DNA of 57,155 nt from a virus. Taxonomy: Duplodnaviria > Caudoviricetes. The translations under genes were made by a program, and so were the position numbers. Below, piece by piece: positions 53,817 through 57,155 of the stretch; within the stretch, counting starts at the first letter, position 1; every line of letters starts with the position of its first letter. The notes below the pieces were generated by a model, which did no database searches, was not told the origin of the DNA, and worked only from the letters and a program-made list of their open reading frames with translations. Where the stretch lies: positions 1-57,155 of IMG/VR virus record IMGVR_UViG_3300049055_000031. One strand, 5' to 3'.

Positions 53817-53851
53817 AACCCCCGCCACGGTTCACACCACCAGCGGGGGTT
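53817..53851. terminator. Bidirectional terminator
   Basis: AACCCCCGC...GCGGGGGTT between convergent genes. Confidence 0.7.
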
Positions 53852-53855
53852 CCGA

Positions 53856-54248
53856 TTACCGGCGTGGTCGCCGGTTGACGTAGCACCTCACGGAACCGAT
53901 CTCTGTCCGGGTGTTTGGCCCGTCCACCAGTACTCCGTTGAGATGTGCCGTGCACGTAAGCGTACCGGCCTCGACTTGCTGAGCCATCAGTGATGCGCCA
54001 GCACCTTTCGGTATCCATGTGCTGGCGATGTACGGGCTACGGGACACGAGATCCTCAGCGAAATACACACCTTCGACCTCTCCGTGTATGTCTATACCGA
54101 TTCGTCTCGGTTCCGGACTGAACGTCACCGTGAACGTAGCATGATCCTGAACCTCGTTTCGGATCAGTACCGAATACCCGACATACGCCACCACGCCGAC
54201 AACCAGCGTCGCCACCACCCGGTTTCGAGTGGCCTGAATGACTCCCAC
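53856..54248 (-). CDS. MmpS-like membrane-anchored Ig-fold protein
   Basis: TM then SPY...SLMAQ..LTCTAHLNGVLV...VRC; SD AGGAGG. Confidence 0.7.
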   Translation of the reverse strand: MGVIQATRNRVVATLVVGVVAYVGYSVLIRNEVQDHATFTVTFSPEPRRIGIDIHGEVEGVYFAEDLVSRSPYIASTWIPKGAGASLMAQQVEAGTLTCTAHLNGVLVDGPNTRTEIGSVRCYVNRRPRR

Positions 54249-54329
54249 CGTTTACCTCCTCTAGGGTTACATCAACCTTAAACGATGACCCCCACCCGAG
54301 TCAGGTGAGGGCCATCCAGAAGCGGAGGG

Positions 54330-54386
54330 TCAAATTCGAGCCAACGCCCGGATAACCTCCCGAAGAAAGTTCAGGAACTTGCGCAT
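54330..54386 (-). CDS. 18-aa amphipathic cationic peptide
   Basis: MRKFLNFLREVIRALARI; SD GAAGGGG; hairpin follows. Confidence 0.45.
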   Translation of the reverse strand: MRKFLNFLREVIRALARI

Positions 54387-54391
54387 CAAAG

Positions 54392-54967
54392 TCACCCCTT
54401 CCGGAGCATTGAGCGGAACGTCGGTGAGGCCAGCTGAGCGGGAGTCAGTTTCGGCATCGGGAGGCTGGTCACGTCGGTAACCCCGGTTGCCTTCGAGTTG
54501 GCCTTTTTCATGTTGGCCTCAGCGCGCCGGATCTTGTCCTTGTTGTGCACGATCTCTGCAGGCGTACCCTTGAGCGAACATTTGTGCGAGTGGATGAACA
54601 CCGGACCATCGGTAGCCTCATTGCCCCCGCAGGTGCACCGGGGCTTGTTCACATCCCGAGTAGTCCGCGCCTTCCGACAGGCCGCCCGTGCTTTCGGGGT
54701 CAGCGGGTGGTCACACCCTGCGTGGCTGGTCCGAGACTTCGCGACGGTGTTGGTGTGACCGATCTTGGGATTCCGGTTGTCCAGCTCCGGGTGACAGACC
54801 ATGCAGTCCTTCATCAAGTAGCCAGGCGTTTCGTTACCGCCCTCGTGGTCATCATCAGTGTGAGTGTTCTCGTGGTCCGCGTACTCCAGGCAAACGTCGC
54901 ATAGGTCCGCACGAGCGTTATTGCTGACCGGACGGGTTTTGCAGTCCCAACACGTTTTGCGAGCCAT
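54392..54967 (-). CDS. Multi-zinc-finger early protein with H-x2-C-x-H-x6-R-x2-C module
   Basis: CWDC..LCDVC, CMVCH, SHAGCDHPLTPKARAAC, CTC..H..C; SD GAAAGGA. Confidence 0.75.
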   Translation of the reverse strand: MARKTCWDCKTRPVSNNARADLCDVCLEYADHENTHTDDDHEGGNETPGYLMKDCMVCHPELDNRNPKIGHTNTVAKSRTSHAGCDHPLTPKARAACRKARTTRDVNKPRCTCGGNEATDGPVFIHSHKCSLKGTPAEIVHNKDKIRRAEANMKKANSKATGVTDVTSLPMPKLTPAQLASPTFRSMLRKG

Positions 54968-54991
54968 GATCGTTGTCCTTTCGAGTTGTTC

Positions 54992-55036
54992 GCCCTGACA
55001 ACCCAAACTCTACACGACTCCTGCATGTATCGTCAA
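54992..55036 (-). promoter_or_regulatory. Early promoter with GTCAGGGC motif
   Basis: TTGACG-18-TAGAGT-7-GTCAGGGC. Confidence 0.85.
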
Positions 55037-55040
55037 CAGG

Positions 55041-55190
55041 TCACGGCAGAAAAGTTCCGATGATCCCGTAGAACGCATCCGGCCACGTCAGGCAAGCAAC
55101 CCCAACCAGGGAGCACCCCACCATGATCATTCCTGAAATGATTAGAGCCATTGGGTTACTAGTAATGAGATAGTCGAATGCCTTCTTCAT
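55041..55190 (-). CDS. 49-aa membrane peptide
   Basis: MKKAFDYLITSNPMALIISGMIMVG...; SD GGAGGG. Confidence 0.6.
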   Translation of the reverse strand: MKKAFDYLITSNPMALIISGMIMVGCSLVGVACLTWPDAFYGIIGTFLP

Positions 55191-55332
55191 GATCGCCCTC
55201 CCCGGACAAGCCAGACGAGCCGCGCAACAGTGTGCAACGACTCGCCCTCCTGGCAATTTACCCCGCATTTTACGCGGGATAGTGAGGCCGGGGGAACATC
55301 GTTGAGCGGTTCGCACCCGGCTTTTGTAGTTG

Positions 55333-55878
55333 TTACGCGGTGGCCGGAGTGCCCTCCAGCGCGGCCTTTACGGTGGTGATCTGGTCGGCGGTCAGGTGGT
55401 AGCGGTGGCCCTTGCCAACGCCCATTCCCAGCGCCCGGAGCGTCACGCGGAGTTCCTTGGCCTCGATCCCGAACACAGCGGCCAGTTCAGCAGTGGTCAC
55501 CCCATCGAGCTCCTCGACCAGTGCGTCCACCTCGGACATCTCGGTGACCAATGCCTCGACCTCAGCCTCGTCGTCGTCGTCCGCCTCGATCGTTCCCTCT
55601 TCGATCATCTCGGCCAGCATGTCGGCCTCGTCGTCCTCGGTCAGTTCAACATCGCCCTCATCGATCGCAACCCAGGCGATCCGGGACAGTGCCCGCGAGG
55701 TGACGCGACCATCAACCTTGAAATTCACACCCTTCGAGTTGACCGAGATCAGTTGACCGGTCACGGTGTCGGAGATAACCGGTCCCTCGGGGGACGGAGC
55801 GATGAGGGTCAGCTCGGCCAGTTCGCCCTTGTTGGCGTTGACGATTTCGGTGATCTGGTCGGCGGTCATGGGGGTCAT
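55333..55878 (-). CDS. Early protein with acidic linker and C-terminal HTH
   Basis: TTAELAAVFGIEAKELRVTLR...RYHLT; SD AGGAGG. Confidence 0.75.
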   Translation of the reverse strand: MTPMTADQITEIVNANKGELAELTLIAPSPEGPVISDTVTGQLISVNSKGVNFKVDGRVTSRALSRIAWVAIDEGDVELTEDDEADMLAEMIEEGTIEADDDDEAEVEALVTEMSEVDALVEELDGVTTAELAAVFGIEAKELRVTLRALGMGVGKGHRYHLTADQITTVKAALEGTPATA

Positions 55879-55913
55879 TTCGGGTTCCTCCTGTTTAGGT
55901 TTTTTGTTTTGTT

Positions 55914-55957
55914 GCCCTGACACCACTAACGTTACCTGGCCTCGAAGGGGGTGTCAA
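55914..55957 (-). promoter_or_regulatory. Early promoter with GTCAGGGC motif
   Basis: TTGACA-17-TAACGT-7-GTCAGGGC; A-rich leader. Confidence 0.85.
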
Positions 55958-56020
55958 CAGAAAACGGAGGGCCGGTCCAAGATTCTTTAGAAATCTCGTC
56001 CGACCCTGGTCAGGAGCGGG

Positions 56021-57031
56021 TTACAGCTCGATCGCGCGTTGTGGAGCGGGGTTAACCCGATGAGCGGGGATGTGGGTACGGTCGATCTCGACCTTCGCAG
56101 CGGCCGCGCCACCGGCCGAACGGCCAGCACGGGCAGAATCGTTGTTACGGCGTTGGTACGCGCGCTCATCAGCCTGGGTCCATGGCTTGCGCCGACCGTC
56201 CACCTTCGGAGCGGAGAGATTGGCACGATCCTCCTGGAGTTTCGCGATCTCCGAAGCAGGCATCGGGCGAAGACGCGGGTAAGCCTGGTACTTGGCCTCC
56301 TTGACCCGCTCAGCCCGACCGTGCAACACTAATGCCCCGCCGACCGAATCCGTAGCATCGCGAGAGGCCCTCAGACGGTCCGAGAGGCGCGAAACGAACC
56401 CCTGCGCGTATGACTGCCGGTACATGTCCGCATCGGTTCCCAGGCCGCTCACAAGCGGTCGTTCACCACGAGCCGCGCACTCGGCCAAGTACAACCTTTG
56501 TGCCTTCGACCGAAGCGCGGGGGTGTTCTCCTCCCACAGTTTCCGCGCGATGTCCTTCCGCAGCACACCAGCCTGGCGCAGGTTGTACGCGTTAACCTGG
56601 TCCGACAGTCTGGGGTCAACCTGTGGCTCAAGGTGTGACCCGAAGACCAAACGTGCCGAAGACCACAACCACTCGGCCATACGAAGATCACCCTCGTAGC
56701 CAAATAGGTCAAACCAGAATCCGTGTTGCTCACCCTCCCGGTTGTACCGGATGACGTACTCAACTCCGCAATGGTCGGCAATCCAGTACATCGTCATCCG
56801 GTACTCGTTGTAAAAGTCCGAGTTCGTGTCGTACCCGAGCATGGAGTGCATCACCGGCACCGCCGCGAACTGATCCTCGGCGATCAATTGCTCTTCGGTA
56901 ATCCGGTACTTCCGCATGAGTTCCTCGGCCTTCGCATACAGCGCAGCGGCCTCATCCGGGAATTCGGTACTGTCGGCCTTGGCCAGCAATGCCTGGATCT
57001 TCGACATCATCGACGCCAGTTTTTCGTTCAT
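56021..57031 (-). CDS. DUF2786-domain protein
   Basis: KIQALLAKADSTEFPDEAAALYAKAEELMRKYRI; start coupled to the 45-aa ORF across the circular junction. Confidence 0.8.
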   Translation of the reverse strand: MNEKLASMMSKIQALLAKADSTEFPDEAAALYAKAEELMRKYRITEEQLIAEDQFAAVPVMHSMLGYDTNSDFYNEYRMTMYWIADHCGVEYVIRYNREGEQHGFWFDLFGYEGDLRMAEWLWSSARLVFGSHLEPQVDPRLSDQVNAYNLRQAGVLRKDIARKLWEENTPALRSKAQRLYLAECAARGERPLVSGLGTDADMYRQSYAQGFVSRLSDRLRASRDATDSVGGALVLHGRAERVKEAKYQAYPRLRPMPASEIAKLQEDRANLSAPKVDGRRKPWTQADERAYQRRNNDSARAGRSAGGAAAAKVEIDRTHIPAHRVNPAPQRAIEL

Positions 57032-57155
57032 CGCGCGTTCCTCGTTCCCAGCTGAGCGATCATGGCATCGTATTCCCGTTGCTGCTTGGCGCATGCATCA
57101 CGTGTTGCCTTGTCGTGTGGGTGGTAACACCGGTCATGCCGGATTCGCTTTGGCT
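57006..57155. repeat. Terminal direct repeat, copy 2
   Basis: Matches 1-150 with 1 mismatch. Confidence 0.97.

Noticed and set aside
55187-55237. 16-aa TTG-start ORF upstream of 55190
   Set aside because: Has an SD and an ATGA overlap but is too short and featureless to support
1-57155. tRNA genes, integrase/attP, reverse transcriptase, introns or inteins
   Set aside because: No cloverleaf or recognisable motifs seen by eye; core genes have normal lengths; tRNAscan and HMM searches would be needed to exclude them

Overview
The window looks like one complete, circular-mapping genome (~57.0 kb unique) of a tailed siphovirus-type phage of Actinobacteria. Bases 1-150 recur at 57006-57155 with one mismatch. 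The host call rests on WhiB, MmpS-like and DUF2637-like genes and high GC; no integrase or recognisable lysogeny module was found, so it is probably lytic. Minus strand 2.7-28.6 kb, in transcription order from 28.6 kb down: terminase, portal, MuF, head, tail, lysis. Minus strand 28.8-41.2 kb: ThyX, a dense array of tiny membrane proteins, WhiB, an iteron-rich putative origin and a primase-helicase. Plus strand 41.3-53.8 kb: SNF2 helicase, dNMP kinase, all-alpha dNTPase, two thymidylate-synthase-fold proteins, dCMP deaminase, UDG-PolA, exonuclease, recombinase, SSB and VRR-NUC. The 53.9 kb-end/0-2.2 kb region holds early genes behind consensus sigma70-type promoters. Most notable: (1) a probable cytosine-modification pathway built on a pair of TS-fold paralogues, with ThyX supplying dTMP; (2) a MuF head protein fused to a PI3/4K/HipA-like kinase, followed by a candidate immunity gene; (3) an early regulon whose promoters share a GTCAGGGC start motif, three of which drive otherwise unrelated proteins carrying the same H-x2-C-x-H-x6-R-x2-C module; (4) a degenerate, fused endolysin paralogue; (5) a +1 ACC-UUU-CGU tail-chaperone frameshift. 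Family assignments are by motif recognition only; no searches were run.
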